Source of the DNA: Adineta vaga
Lineage: Eukaryota; Animalia; Rotifera
Direction of reading: 5' to 3'
DNA: 64,000 nt
Assembly (NCBI GenBank): GCA_021613535.1
Contig: CP075496.1
Coordinates: 5,208,001-5,272,000 of the forward strand
The notes beneath the pieces were generated by a model that worked only from the letters and a program-made list of their open reading frames with translations, made no database searches and was not told where the DNA came from. Below, one piece after another: positions 26,501 through 40,190 of this stretch (position 1 is the stretch's first letter; each line of letters begins with the position of its first letter). The translations under genes were made by a program, and so were the position numbers.

Positions 26501-27694
26501 AGATCCATGCAAGGTAAACGTCTTTACTATTCAAAACTTCGAAGTCATATTGAATAGAATAGACCGAGAATTTTATTCTTAGATATAGTAATTCATTCAG
26601 ATTTCAACATAATAAGATTATCTCCGATATAAGTACATAGTGCCGATCATTGAATGAGCGAATATCTTAGTGAAGAAGAGACTAATCGAATTAGAAAGTG
26701 ATGAGAATTTGCCGGATGAATGGAAAAGACCTTCATGTACAAATTTGATCTTTAAGATTGGTAGTCATAATCATGAAGACTGAATACTATTTGACCTTCA
26801 GAAAAATGCAAACAGATATCGTTTGAAGTTCTGTTCGTTAATTTGTATGAAAGAAAATAGTAGAAATAATCAAAATTTACCATATGTTTTTCTATCTTTC
26901 GGCTTTATTTCTTGAGATTTTGTTATCTGCAACAGATTGTAAGACCAATGAGACTCTATTTATCTTCCGCAAACATCATCTGAATCTAACAAAAACCAGA
27001 TAGTCCGTGTTTAGAATTCTACTTTCGTTGATTATATCATATTTTTAAATAATCAAATTTTTAGAATATGAATCCATGCAAATGACTGATACACATAACT
27101 ATTATGGTTCAACTCGTCGAACGGCACATAATGGTCGTAATAACCATATGCATGATTTATCCAGCAATTATTATTATGAACATCCTCAACAACAGTAAGA
27201 TTTCATTTTCAAATCTTCTTGATTTTAATTTTGAAAATATTTAGACATTACAATAATCGATATAATAATTACTCGAATGAACATTATTCACAATCATCAC
27301 GTCAGATTACAAAACGTTCAAAACGTGGTGGCGCTGGTAGTAATGGTGCATCAACAATAAATAATCGTCAACAAAAACAACATATAGTCAATGGAAATAA
27401 TAATAATACTAATAATAATAATTTTCGTCATCATTCAACAAGTGATAATGATCAAAAAGAAGGTGAAGAATGGGAAACAGCATCAGAATCAAGTACAAAT
27501 ATGCGTAATGGTCATTCTGATAATAATCAGCAAATAAATGAAATTAAATCAGTTCATCGTGGTAGAACACCACCGAAAAAAAGTTTTTCCAGTCAAAGGT
27601 AAAAACTTTTTCCTTTCAAAAAAAAGATTTACCATTCTAAATCATTATTTCTAGGCCACATGCGCGTCAGATTTTCAAATATACGAATGCATGA
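23522..27694 (+). CDS. PRRC2: PRRC2/BAT2 (Nocte) family protein, multi-exon
   Basis: BAT2_N-like LGKINSRRIPPPANVPSLKSE, DFPRL, NLRPANLATWKEGGG, WANTTQEVNYEEKIRFSDDED, EEWETASESS and KKSFSSQRP. Confidence 0.88.
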
Positions 27695-29597
27695 GAAATT
27701 CGAACTATAAGATATTTCTCAATCGTTTTTCTTCATTTTTTGTATTTTCACTTTTCTTTCTTTATTTGTCAACGCGCATACATATCATAAGACATGTACA
27801 TGTACATATATATATATATTTATATATGCATACATATGTATGAGTGTATCTTATTTTCTTGTTCTTTCAAGTTAGATAGGAAAAGTAGACGAAGTACACC
27901 TATACATATTTCTATATATATATATATATTTATTCAATATTCTCTGTTTTTCAATGAATCTCAACAAAACAAAAATCTATTGAAGCTTTTAAAGCTACTT
28001 TTCAAGAAGGAAAATATCAATGTTTTGTTATTTCTTTCTCATTTTGTTTCTTTTATATAATATACTGGTCATATTACTTTTTTTCTCGAATGATGATGAT
28101 GATGAATATCAATAATGTGTGTTGTTATTGTTGTTGTTTGTTTTCTTTTGCTTCTCTCTTCTTCTTCTTTTACTTTGTTTCTTAATCGAACAAACTATGT
28201 TTAATCATCTGTATGTTTCTTCTTTTTAGCCGTTGATGTGACATAATTGATCAAAATACATAAAAATCTCTTTCTTTCTCTCTCTCTCTCTGTGTTTGTT
28301 TTTCTTTCTTGCTATTTATTATTTGTAAATAGAATGCAACACAAAAAAATAACATAATTCTAATGTGCAAAAAAACAACATTTTAATGAGTGTGATTTTT
28401 GGTTTCGTTTTTCTTTTCTCGTCTCTATCTCCCTCCGTTTATATATTTAATCCTCATGCGTTTTGTTCCCGCCCAAGACATTGCAGGTTCTTTTTCTCTT
28501 GTTTTTTTCTCTCTTATCATGAAAAATAAAATGCAATCACAATATTTGTATCTATTCAATTTTTTATCATTGCGAAAGTCACTTTTAAAAGTTAGAATTT
28601 TTTCAACAAAGATCAGTCATAGCTTAAGATAGTCTTTTACATGGACGTACAGAACTTTGGATATGGTCTGTAGACATTTCATTATTTTTATAAATATATA
28701 GAGGCGATTTGAATGACGTACATTGGATCGTTCAAGTAAACGTTATAATTATGAGATTTGAGTACATTTAGTTGAATGATGGCAACTTGAAGGGTATTCA
28801 TTGTATAATGCTAGGGAATTCCTTCATTTCACCTAAATGATTCGATGTATCTAATACTGGAATCTAAACATCATCTAAATCATATCTTTATACTACCATT
28901 ACATCACATGCTGAAATAACTGAAAGATCAAAAATCTTTTATCTTGTTTTTCATCTTGAAATTATAGATTCCAATATTAGTATCAATATAATAATTAGAA
29001 TAAAAACATCCATTTACATTGAGGTAGAATGGTAATGCATTAAAACATCTATATATATATGATATTCTGAGAAAGGTTCTTCTATCAAGGAGTATATGTT
29101 TGTTATTTGAATTTTCAATGATCTTAAATAAGTAATATTTATATGCTATCAATTCTTACGTAAGAAAATAGTTTTATTTATATGTCATGTCAATAAACTA
29201 TGAAGAAAACGATTTTACAGATGCTTATTTAGAAACATATGTAGTAATTATATCGAACGATTTTAGTAATAAGAAAGTATCTCATTATATGTTTCTAACT
29301 GACTGAATCAATTCCAATCTAATTCGTTCTTTTTTTGTATTGATGAATCGAATTCATCTATTCAAGGTTTTCATTTCATTAAATTACAGACGATTAACAT
29401 TGAAAAGCTTCCTACTGTTATGTTATTTATTTCACATAGAAACAAACTAATTTTGTGACTTAGTTTCAAAAAACAAAACTTCCACGAAACATACAAGTAC
29501 TGTTACATTTGATATACAATACAGACAGAAGTTGATTATATACACATAGAAGTATGTCGTCGTTGTTATCAGCTATTCCTTATAGAAGAATGTTTAT

Positions 29598-29912
29598 CTA
29601 GTTATTGTCCACTTCAAGTAGTTGATTAAGAACATAGATATAGTTAACAGCTGTACGAAGTGTTTCAATACGTGATAGTTTACATTTATTTTCTACAGGT
29701 AACACTAAACGAAGTTGATGATAAGCTTTATTAAGTTTGAGCATGCGATTTTTTTCTCGTACAGTCGCTTCATCACGTTGTTGACCATTAAGTTTACGTT
29801 TTTTTCGTAACGTTGGTACTTGTAGTTGTTGATATATAGATGACGATGACGACGCCGATGATGATGATGACGATAAAATATTATTGTAGAGAAACTCTTC
29901 TTCGTTATTCAT
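29598..29912 (-). CDS. Group A bHLH transcription factor, single exon; subfamily unresolved (Mesp- or Ptf1/Fer-like features)
   Basis: QRDEATVREKNRMLKLNKAYHQLRLVLP...KLSRIETLRTAVNYIYVLNQLL. Confidence 0.9.
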   Translation of the reverse strand: MNNEEEFLYNNILSSSSSSASSSSSIYQQLQVPTLRKKRKLNGQQRDEATVREKNRMLKLNKAYHQLRLVLPVENKCKLSRIETLRTAVNYIYVLNQLLEVDNN

Positions 29913-31316
29913 TTCGATTACTTATGATTTACATAAAAATCAGTCGATGTCTCTACATATATATATACATAACTTTTTTCGATGTTAGATCTCTTTCTAA
30001 TCGAATCATTAAGTAAGTAATGATCTATGATGATGTAGAAATAACAACGAACATTGAATTGAATCAAACTCGGTAGTTACTGAGTGTTATTATATCTTAT
30101 AACGAGATGTAGAAGTATGAATCAATGAATTTATTCATATTTGTGAAGAGATTATTCTTCTTTTGTCGATTAACCTATTTATATCGTATGAATCGAGAAA
30201 GATGTTAAGTAATAGCAGAATTTTTCATTTGAAATCTACCAAATTATTCTTTGAAGATAGTTCGATAGCGATGTATTCTTTGAAGTTAAGTCAATCTTTA
30301 CAGATAGAAAACATATATGTTCTGTTAAACGAACCAATGAATACAGAGTCAATGAGTCTTTCGATTTTAATGTGCCTGAACGACATTTACGACTGAATTG
30401 TAATTGAATTTCTTTACTATTCATACAATTCTTTTCTTCCATTCTATACATCTGTCTACTCCCGAAAGCTAAATTGTACTCTTCAACAAGCTTTCTTTCT
30501 TTTTATTCTATAGGCTAACAGGTGTCACTGTCGTTACTTTTCCATTTTCATTCGATTCTTTCTGTCAACGAACTAGTATGTAAACATTGTAATACAATAA
30601 GAAATAATACTAAAAAGAAGAAATAGAAACAACATGGATCATGCATATTCGTTCGCATTCTTTCTTTCTCTTTTTCTTCTTTTGCTTATAAATATATATA
30701 TATATATACTCAAATAATCATTTTATCATCGAAATATGTTTGTAACAGTATTCATCTGACGCACACGCACATCTATGGTTTTCTTCTTCTTTACTTATGC
30801 ATTACTTTCAATCAGATTGGACATAGAGTGTGTATGTGTGTATGTCAATATTTTGACAGAATCAATCGTCTTCGTTGTTCTTCTATGCTTTAGGGTTACG
30901 CCTAGAGAGAGAGAAAAAAAAGAAAGAAACGAAATAAACTTCTTAAGCAAATGGTAATCATTCCCTATTACTCATAAGATTGACTTTTATTCTTTTGCTT
31001 CTCTATAACTATATCATTCATAAATATTCTGTACAGATCAAGTCTCAAGGAAAAGGTAAATGAGAGTCAAAGAAAACGGAAGTTTATATCTGTATATACA
31101 TATAGATGGATGATTTATTTCCTAGAGATTAGTATTCAGTATAACATTCAGGCATATGGATAATGTTGAACATGCTTCTATGCACACGTACGAAGGAAAG
31201 AACAGATCACAAGGGTAACATTTGTTTTGCATAGGAAGACGATTATTCTTCTTCGTCTTCTCCGGATTATCAAATATGAGCACTATGATAAACATATGTG
31301 AATGGATAAACATAGT

Positions 31317-31340
31317 TATATATATATATATATATATATA
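31317..31340. repeat. (TA)12 microsatellite
   Basis: Read directly from the sequence. Shorter TA, GA, GAA and CAA runs occur throughout the non-coding regions. Confidence 0.9.
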
Positions 31341-32212
31341 CTTTGTTCTATCCGTCATCGATATGGTACATCAATCGTAGAGAAAGTTAGTTCGAATACA
31401 CATATACATACATATCCACAAGCATTTTTGCATTTGTAATTGTTCATACACTTTGCTTCATCATCTTTCGATCATTAACATCTATTTCCCGTCTATACAT
31501 GACTGTTCTTCTATGTGTATGTGTGCACGTCATTCTATGCTTGAAGGCAAAATTTTATCATTCTTTTTGTTATGTGCAATTTTTTTTTCTTGGGTTAAAA
31601 TTCTGTGCAAGCACACAATTGCACAAACTGGTCGATTTTGTCTATCGTTCGTACTCGATGTCTGTTCGTTTAAGAGATGAAATGAATGAGAAACGAGAAG
31701 TCTCCTTCTTTCTTTTGACGTTCTTCCGTTCTTGTTTGAGAAATACATAAGAGTACCATTACTATGCCACGCCTTACACTCTTCAGGAAAGAATGAAGAA
31801 AAGAAGAAGAAGAAGAAGAAACGGACGATGGTGGCAAAGAGAAAATGTCATTTCCATTTCTTCGTCATTGCCATCTCGTCGTCGTCAGTTGTGTTCCACC
31901 ATCAGAATAGTGGACAATGGTCGGAATAAGTTCAGCACAGATGAACGTCAGTTTTTCTCTCACTCTCTTTTCTCTTTACCTGTCTTAGTGAACAAGAAGA
32001 GAACGAGAAAAAAAACAGTTGATTACTCTGGACATATGCATACATATATATTCGTATTCATCATACACGTTCTCGTTCTCTCTCTCTTTCTCTTTGTTGC
32101 TTTCTCATTCTATTCATTTTTTTCCTACTCTTTTAGACACGTCGTCAATACTGTTCAGTATAACGATTGAATTTAACTGATCAAATTCTTGTGGAAACGA
32201 AAAAAAGTTTCT

Positions 32213-35200
32213 ATGTGGTATCCGTCTCAACAGCAACAGCAGCAACATCATAGCTGCTATGGATATACTCGACATTATCCATCACACCAGCAACAACAAC
32301 AACAACAACAAAAAACTTATTTAAGAACTTCATATTATTGTAACACTGACGAATTATCCACTACTTGTGTCGGAGCAATCAATGATGAGAATGAATCATC
32401 AAACCATTGTCATACAACTTACAGTAGCAATGCTCACGGTAAAGAGAAATGCAATTGAAGTTTAAAAGAAATAATTTTTTCTTCTCTTCAACAGTTTTCT
32501 TTTACATATTCGAATAAGACTAATGATTTTTTGGAGTGTTATAATTTCATTTTACAGGTTTCACCACTTTCAAGGTGGAATAATAGTTGAAAAAGAGACG
32601 AGAGAGAAGGGGGAGGGGGGATAGATTGACAGGGAGAGAGCGATCGAAAGAAGAAGAAGTAGAAGAAAGAAAGAATGAATGAATGAATCAAGGTAGTAAC
32701 ATATGTATATGTAGGCACTTATATCAATGTTTTTATCATCATTGATTTACATGTGTGCATAAGAGAACAAATTGTTGCATCTCTATCTGTAGTTACAACT
32801 ACAACTATTCTCTCCTTCATCTTGCGCAATGATGATCTTAATGGACGAGAGCGACGGCGACGATGACATTTGTCGCGTTCGCAGCGCAAGTTATTCAATT
32901 CGGCTTCTCGTTTCTCTTAGCAAGTTGATCGCTAGATCAATCACATAGTTATTGCATGTCGAGATTCATTCACGCAATCGCATATTGCTATGTTCTCTAA
33001 GCACAAGTAAACGATGATAGAATCTAAATCGAATTATTACGACTTAGACGAAGTAAAAGAGAGAAGACATCGGTTGAGATTAAAGTCTCACATTCATCGA
33101 AATATATAAAACGAACAGATCTAACAGATGAAGAGAAATCAATCTTGGTCGAAAATATCCTTAAATTATATACTAAGTTTTACACGCCTATCGATGATGT
33201 AGTTTTTATAATAAGAAAGTGTTTCTTTCAACGTTCAATTATAACTTGATAACTACCATCATCTATCGAATAATGATAGAGATTGAATGTATCGATAAGC
33301 AAAAAAAGTATTCAAAGAAATCTAAATAAAGAAATTTCTTGAATAGAATCGACACATTCCATTGACTATAAATGTTAATGATGTGTCATGTTTTACTGTT
33401 CCCATGTGTAAAGATTAACAAAAAACAGCAAATGAAGATGCATTGTTTAATAATTAATCTCATTGCATTTTTAGGTATGTGGATATCAAATGCTTTTCTG
33501 CATCAGCAAAGAAATGTGTGCGTGTTTTTCATATATATAAGTTCGTTAGTTGTGTCTGTCGTGCTTTTGTTTATATGAATTTAAATGTAGTCAAACTAAG
33601 AATGAAAAAAAAGAGAATAAGAGGCAGTCAAAGTGTCGGGAATAATAAAAAGAAGCAGGAAAAAAACCTAAAGAAAGAAAAATGGTTTTGAGCGTTAGTG
33701 TTTCTCCCCCTTTCTCTCTTTATTTATCTGCGTAACTAGAATGTTTAGTGTGTTTTTTAATCGACGATACACAATTATTATTTATGACGGGAAAGTAGGT
33801 GGAATTGTCAGCTGTCTTTTTTGCGTTCATTTTTCTCTCTCCTGGAGTGTGAAAGGTTACTATTGAGTAATAGAAGTTGAGTGTACATACATTGAAGAAA
33901 GTGCATTAGAGAGAAAGAGAAAGGATGGGGGTAAGGAAAAGTGATATATCTATGTCCACACATATGAGAATATATCACAGTCGATTATTAATGCAATTAC
34001 CAACTGCTGTTTTGTATATATATGTATATGTATATGTTATTTTGAAATATAGTTATGTGTATATTTTGTTTTGGTAATCAGATGAGAAGAAAAGTATAGA
34101 AGAAGATTTTTTTTTCTTTCGCTATTTCGTTGATTTCGAAATGAAATGCTTTTATATTGAAAACTAATGAGTCATTTTAATAAATTTACTTTTATTTACA
34201 CAGTTATTTTCCTTCTTCTCTTTGTCGCTCATACGTTTGCTTCCCTTTCTCTGTCTTTCTTTTTCTTTTTTTCTCTTGACTTTTTTCCTTTTGCCTTCCT
34301 TCTAGTCGACGACTGCTCAAAGGACTGTTTTTTTGTCTCTTTTCTTCTTCTTCTTTTTTATATACGTGTCTTTACTAATACTGCCGTGCTCATTGTCATT
34401 CTATTTCGTCATCATCATCTGCATCTTATCTTTTTTCTAGTTCCTACTCCAAACTACTACGTGACTACTTCACTCAATCCATACGGTGATGAAATGTCGT
34501 CATATCAAACAACAACATCAACTCGAAAAGCACATTGGAATCCAGTCATTGTTGCGCCAACAAAAAATATGAATATGATCACACCTTCGATACCTGACGT
34601 TTCTTCTCCTCCTTCCTTATCACCAACATCATCTTGTTGGGATTGGTTACTATTTTCTCCTCAATATTATTCAGAATTGTATACTCCTTCACCAACATGT
34701 ATTCAGCATAAAAAGATTGATGAAGAAAATGAAGATAAGAATCTTGATTGGAATTTCTTAGCGACTTTACCGACATGTTTACTTGCTCTTCTCTATTTAA
34801 CACCGACTTTAATTCATACATCGGATGATGAGAATGATAGTGATCAAGAAATGAATTCTCTTCATTTAACAGACGAATCATCTTTACCGCTCAATCATAT
34901 TGAAATGAAATTGAATAATATTTCATCAAATTTATTAACATCTTTGAAAACGTCCAATTCGAATTCAAATCGTTCGTCAACACCCGATACAGATGATGGT
35001 TATCAATCAGCTAATGATGCTAGTCGAAGCGATTATTCTCAACCATCATCTGTACCATATGATCATCATAATAGTAAAGATGATATATCAATCAATGAAC
35101 ATTCGTTACCTACACCATTAATGCCACATCGTATATCATATGCAGCTGCTGTAAAACCGATCACAACATCAATAACAACGAAAGTCTCTTCATTACCGAT

Positions 35201-35483
35201 AGAAATTGGTAAATCCAAACAAACAATTAATAAAACATTATCAGGTATAACTGCAACAAATGATATATCGAATACTAATGGTCAAAAATTAAAATTTATT
35301 GCACCTCGTTTCGAACGTATGCATCATGCTAAACAACATTCATCTTTATTATCAATAACAACAACATCCGTAAAAACTTCTTCATCAACTGCATCTAATC
35401 GTACACAAACACGTTCAATGACTAATAATAATAATAATTATCATCAACGTAATCATATGATGAATTCAACGCGACGTCGTTAA
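32213..35483 (+). CDS. Uncharacterised low-complexity Q/S/T-rich protein, 2 coding exons
   Basis: Exon 1 32213-32438 (MWYPSQQQQQQ...SNAH, donor GTAAAG) joins in phase to exon 2 34441-35483 (acceptor TTCTAG; VPTPNYYV...). No recognised domain. Confidence 0.7.
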
Positions 35484-37853
35484 CTAAAATGAATAGTTTT
35501 ATTCTTCTGATTATTATTTTTCATTAACTTGAACTTCAATATTGAAGTAGCCAATTAACAAACAAATCTAACGTCTCTTTTCTTTTCTTTTTTTTTTCAT
35601 TTTTTTGCTCTTTTTCTATGTGTATTTCATTGTCGTTCGTATGTCTTTATTTGTTTCTATGTTGTATTAGAATCGAGTCAGTTAACATTAAAAACAAAAG
35701 CAAACTAGTTGATGAGATGAACCTCGACTATCGGTACTCTTATTTTTCAATTGAAGATGTCATGAACATTCTCAAGGATCAATTCTCAAGAGATATTTAT
35801 TAATTATTCGATAGTTACTTGATAATTCTCTTCTTTTTCCATCGTTCTTAACAAGAGAGAAGCAAAAAAAAGTAATAATATACATAATTATTTCTCCACG
35901 TTATATGTTAACATATATACAAAACGAGATTAATAATTTGTCAGAATTGTTTATGTCAGAATGTCTTCTGTTCACATCTGAATCAATTCTTTTAAACATC
36001 CGATGATTTTATCCAATGGCATAATATAATCGTTTATATTGACAAGGTGACATGTTACATAATCAGTTGTCAAAGAGAAAGAATATGTTGATAAATCGTT
36101 ATTACAACAAGAAGAAGGACAAATATTGAATGTCAATGAAAAATGGAACATTATGAAGTCAATCTTTGATTCAAGAGAACTGTTGTTACTAACTTTCAGT
36201 TAGTCTATTTTTGAGAGAGAGCGATAGAATATCATTAAATAAATCTTGAAATAATTTATGAACATTTGGATAATATTTCGTTGACGTCATAGTCTCGTTT
36301 ATCACCTGTTCTGTAAAAATTATACTCTATCTATGTATTTATTAATAAATAAGTGTAATACAATGACGAAAATTTGTTTTGGAAGAAAATATGTATTCAT
36401 TAATAAAAAGGATAATATGGATTAACAGATGTTCTTAGTAACTCAACCGTGAGAAGATAAATATTATTAGTAGAGTTAAAAACAAAGACGAAAAATTTAA
36501 CATTGATTTCTATCAAAAACAAAATCATTATTCTTAACTGTAATGATATACGTTTAGATGAATGACAATCATCAAGGATAAAAGAGAATTAATTTCGAAA
36601 AGACAAGACTATTTATTTTGCAATAAGATACTGTATAAATATAGTTGTAAGTTGTAAAATGTTATTGATTAATTATCTGAAAGATAACACTTCCGACTAG
36701 CAAACATGAAGCTTTATTTAGAATCTATTTTAGTTCAAACAATTGACTAGGTCATACCTATTTTTATGAAAAGTGTCATATGACATGAATATAACGATCT
36801 TTTTTTAACCTGATCGAATACAACAAATACAAATATGCTTTTTTTTGTATTTGTACTCATTTTATAGAATTATTTTAATCTTCACATTAATATGTTGAAT
36901 GGCGCCATTCATATGAAATCTCATCTATCAACAAAATTAATAATCTTAAAGTTGTCAACTTCAGAAATAAAATACAAAACATTTCATTACGTGTCAATGC
37001 AAATAATTAATCAACTGTGGGTGTTTAGCCCATACTCATTCTATTTTTCAAATATTAATGAAAAGAAAAACTAATCTATCCGAAGAAATAATATCCGGTT
37101 TTTTACTCCTCGGTAATCGCCGTTTCTGTGTTGAGTTTCTCGATATTTTTTCTGGTCTCCATGACTTAATATAAAATGCATATGGTCTATATGTCTGTCA
37201 TATTTTCATTCGATGCAGATTTTTATTTTCTTGTACATATCGGCAAGAGCGATTGATTGACGTCGAATATTTATCTACTCGAGTTTTGTTTTTGCCTAGT
37301 CTACACTAACAGTACATATCGAGGAAGAGATGAGTCTGGATTCTCAAATTAATTAATATGAATAACAGGTAGAAATAAAATCTTTATTCATGCTCGATTA
37401 CGTATTCTGTTTTACAATGTTTTTTTCTTCCCTTGTTTTTCTTTCCAATAAGACACAAAAAAACAATAATTAACTAAAGAATTTTTTTCTGTACGAGAAA
37501 AACAAGCCGACAACTAGCAGCTAACTGATTTTCTAGAACATATTTACGGCCATCTTCTAATCTCTCTACGAATTAGATACGCATACACGTCTATAGAAAA
37601 GTGCCGAACAGACTTCTAACGACAGGACATACGAAAGAAGAGAAAAATCCGATAGAAGATATTATTATATCAATTCATCCGACCTATTGCAACACGACCT
37701 TTTGTTTTGTCGAGTCTTCGTATTTTTCTCTGTCTCTATCTCTTTTCATGTCATTTATTCAATAGACAAATAACAGTAAGATTTTTTCACTCTTATAAGA
37801 ACAATGACATTTTCTATCATCAAATAGATTTCTTTTTGATTTCTTAAGTAACA

Positions 37854-38261
37854 ATGTTAAATTCTGCGACAGACGATCGATCACCATTCACAACAACAAC
37901 AAATAATCAACCAGCAAAACGCTTTGTTAATGAGCGATACCCAAAAACGTATTATGATGACCTTCCATCAACACCGCTTGATGTACATACAACACGGTCT
38001 CGTCGTCATCCACATTTTCATACACAACCAATAACATTAACAGAAATCAATGAAACGGATGAAGAAATTAAAAATGAAAATAATCATCAACAAGAATCTC
38101 AATCAACTACATCAGATGATTTCCAACGATTAGAACATTTAGCTTTATCCGAAAGTCGACGACGTTCAGCAAGAAAGAAATTACCATTAAAAAACTATCT
38201 CGAACGACAACGACTGAAAGCAGCTACACGAGAAGAACCTGGAGAGACCGAATCAAATTGA
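37854..38261 (+). CDS. C11orf96 (DUF4695)-like small protein, single exon
   Basis: RSRRHPHFHTQPITLTEINETDEE resembles the core I recall for vertebrate C11orf96 ([24 protein letters not shown]). YDDLPS and FQRLEHL flank it at comparable positions. Confidence 0.6.
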   Translation: MLNSATDDRSPFTTTTNNQPAKRFVNERYPKTYYDDLPSTPLDVHTTRSRRHPHFHTQPITLTEINETDEEIKNENNHQQESQSTTSDDFQRLEHLALSESRRRSARKKLPLKNYLERQRLKAATREEPGETESN

Positions 38262-38393
38262 AACTTTTTGTTTTTTTTAAATGTATATATTTAAATTTCT
38301 ATTCCATCTAAGTATGAAACAAAAATCGAGAGAACGAAAGTGAGAGTGACAGTGAGAGAGAGAGAGAAAAAAACGAAGAAGCACTTAAGTATT

Positions 38394-40190
38394 CTATCTC
38401 ATTAATACATTTCGATTATAATTTTCATATAAATTGTTTGAAAAATATTTCTGTTTGCCTGTAATTGTTGTTCGATGTTGTTGTTGCTGTTGCTGTAATT
38501 GTGTATTCATACGTGCTGTTGGTAATGCTGTAGATTGACATGAACTCGAGGGTGAAACAAGATATTGTTCACGATTATCCATAATATTATCTTCATGCAT
38601 TAGATTACTCATTAAGGGTGTTTGTAATTCAAATTGTTCACTTGAACATCCTCGTTCACGTTTTAATGATGTACTTCGTTGAATTAATCGCTCAGTAATT
38701 GTCTCATTCGTGCTTATAAAACGATTTTCCATATTCATTGCCGATTGACCCGATGGCGATGCAACCATTGCTGTTGGTATAGCATTTGTTGTTGTTGTTG
38801 TTGCTGTTGTTGTCGTTTGTGATGGAGTAAGTTGTCCTAAAGAATAGTTGAGTACGGCAAATATAAGCGGTATAAGTACAGAAAAATAGACGAGATAAAA
38901 ACGCATAGCAATAGGATAGATACACGCAAGTAAACAGCATGATAAGACAAGTAAAAAACGAAGAAACGATGATGAGCACCAATGTCCACATGATTGTAAC
39001 ATGATATTTGATGATGAGAGTGTTGTTTCACTTGTAGGTGTTGGTGATTCCGCCATTGGTGCTAAATTCAGACTACTACTTGGAATATTACTATTACTGA
39101 TGATACCGAGTGATGAAAGCATTGACATTGAATTCGGTATTGATAAAGCTTGTTGTCGATGATGATGTGACGATGAAATTGAAGATCGATTTCGACATGA
39201 AAAACATTTGCACATTTTACAACGTAAATAAATATAAAAAAGGCATTCAGAGAATAATTTCAAAAGAGCTATTGCTGATATGAATAATGTTGCTAATAGT
39301 GGAATTAAATTAAAGATAATACTTTGTGTTAATCGATTTTGATCGAACCATTCTTCAAGATAACTGATTTGTTTTGTTCCTGGACAATAAACTGGTTTTG
39401 GAGCTTTTTCATTTGAATCAATTGTGTAAAGTAATGGAATCGTTGCTGTAAATGATAATGACCAAACAAGAAGCACAAGACAAAAACAAAATCGACGAAA
39501 AAATTTACGTAAACAAAGACCACATGATTGTAAACATGAACGTATTGAATGATGTTGATCGGACGATGATGACGACAATAAACATAAGACAAAATTTGCA
39601 TGCATTGCAGTGATTGTATAAGCTAAAATAGATTAAAACTCATAATTTACAAACGAAATCTCGAAGGATTAGAACATTTTTCTTTCTGTCAATATCAATT
39701 ACTTTATTATTATTCTCAAAAAATCAACGAGAACAAATCCATTCAATATTTCTTATATGTTTAATGTCCGATTATAATAATCAGATAAGAAGAAAAAAAA
39801 GTCATTTCTTTAAATAAAAATTAATCTTATTTATTATATTTCCCGAAAATTAAGTAAATAGAATCTTTGATTTGTTTTGTGAGAGAAAATAAAAAAATAT
39901 TCCGTTAACATACCAAGTACAACAGTACACGATGTTTGTAAATAATAAATAGCTCGACAATTATTTTCTGAAAGTCCTCTTGAACGTAATGTTTCGACAA
40001 GATAATAAATGTACAAACAATTTAATAATGAACTTGATAAAGCAGCACTTGAAAAATAGAAATTTACGACATTACGATATGAACCGAATGCCATTAAAGC
40101 AGGAATGACCAAATTTAATACGACTAAAATCGACGTGGCCACCAGTTCGATGATTAGCCATGTCGATATATGATAAAACAAAAATGGCAT
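38394..40190 (-). CDS. Highly degenerate rhodopsin-like multi-TM receptor, 2 exons
   Basis: Exon 40190-39914 (TM1 ...VVLNLVIP, RNVVNFYFSSAA, CRAIYYLQTSC) splices in phase to exon 39622-38394 (TM4 VWSLSFTATIPLLY, ECL2 YCP, TM5 FNLIPLL, TM6 CCLLACIYP). DRY and NPxxY are absent. Confidence 0.7.

Noticed and set aside
31732-32170. Arg/Lys-rich ORFs (KKKKKKKR / RRRRRR)
   Set aside because: Translations of an (AAG)n microsatellite upstream of the gene at 32213.
34167-34440. Hydrophobic multi-TM-looking N-terminus of the 438-aa ORF
   Set aside because: It is the T-rich 3' end of an intron. The acceptor at 34440 joins in phase to the exon at 32213-32438.
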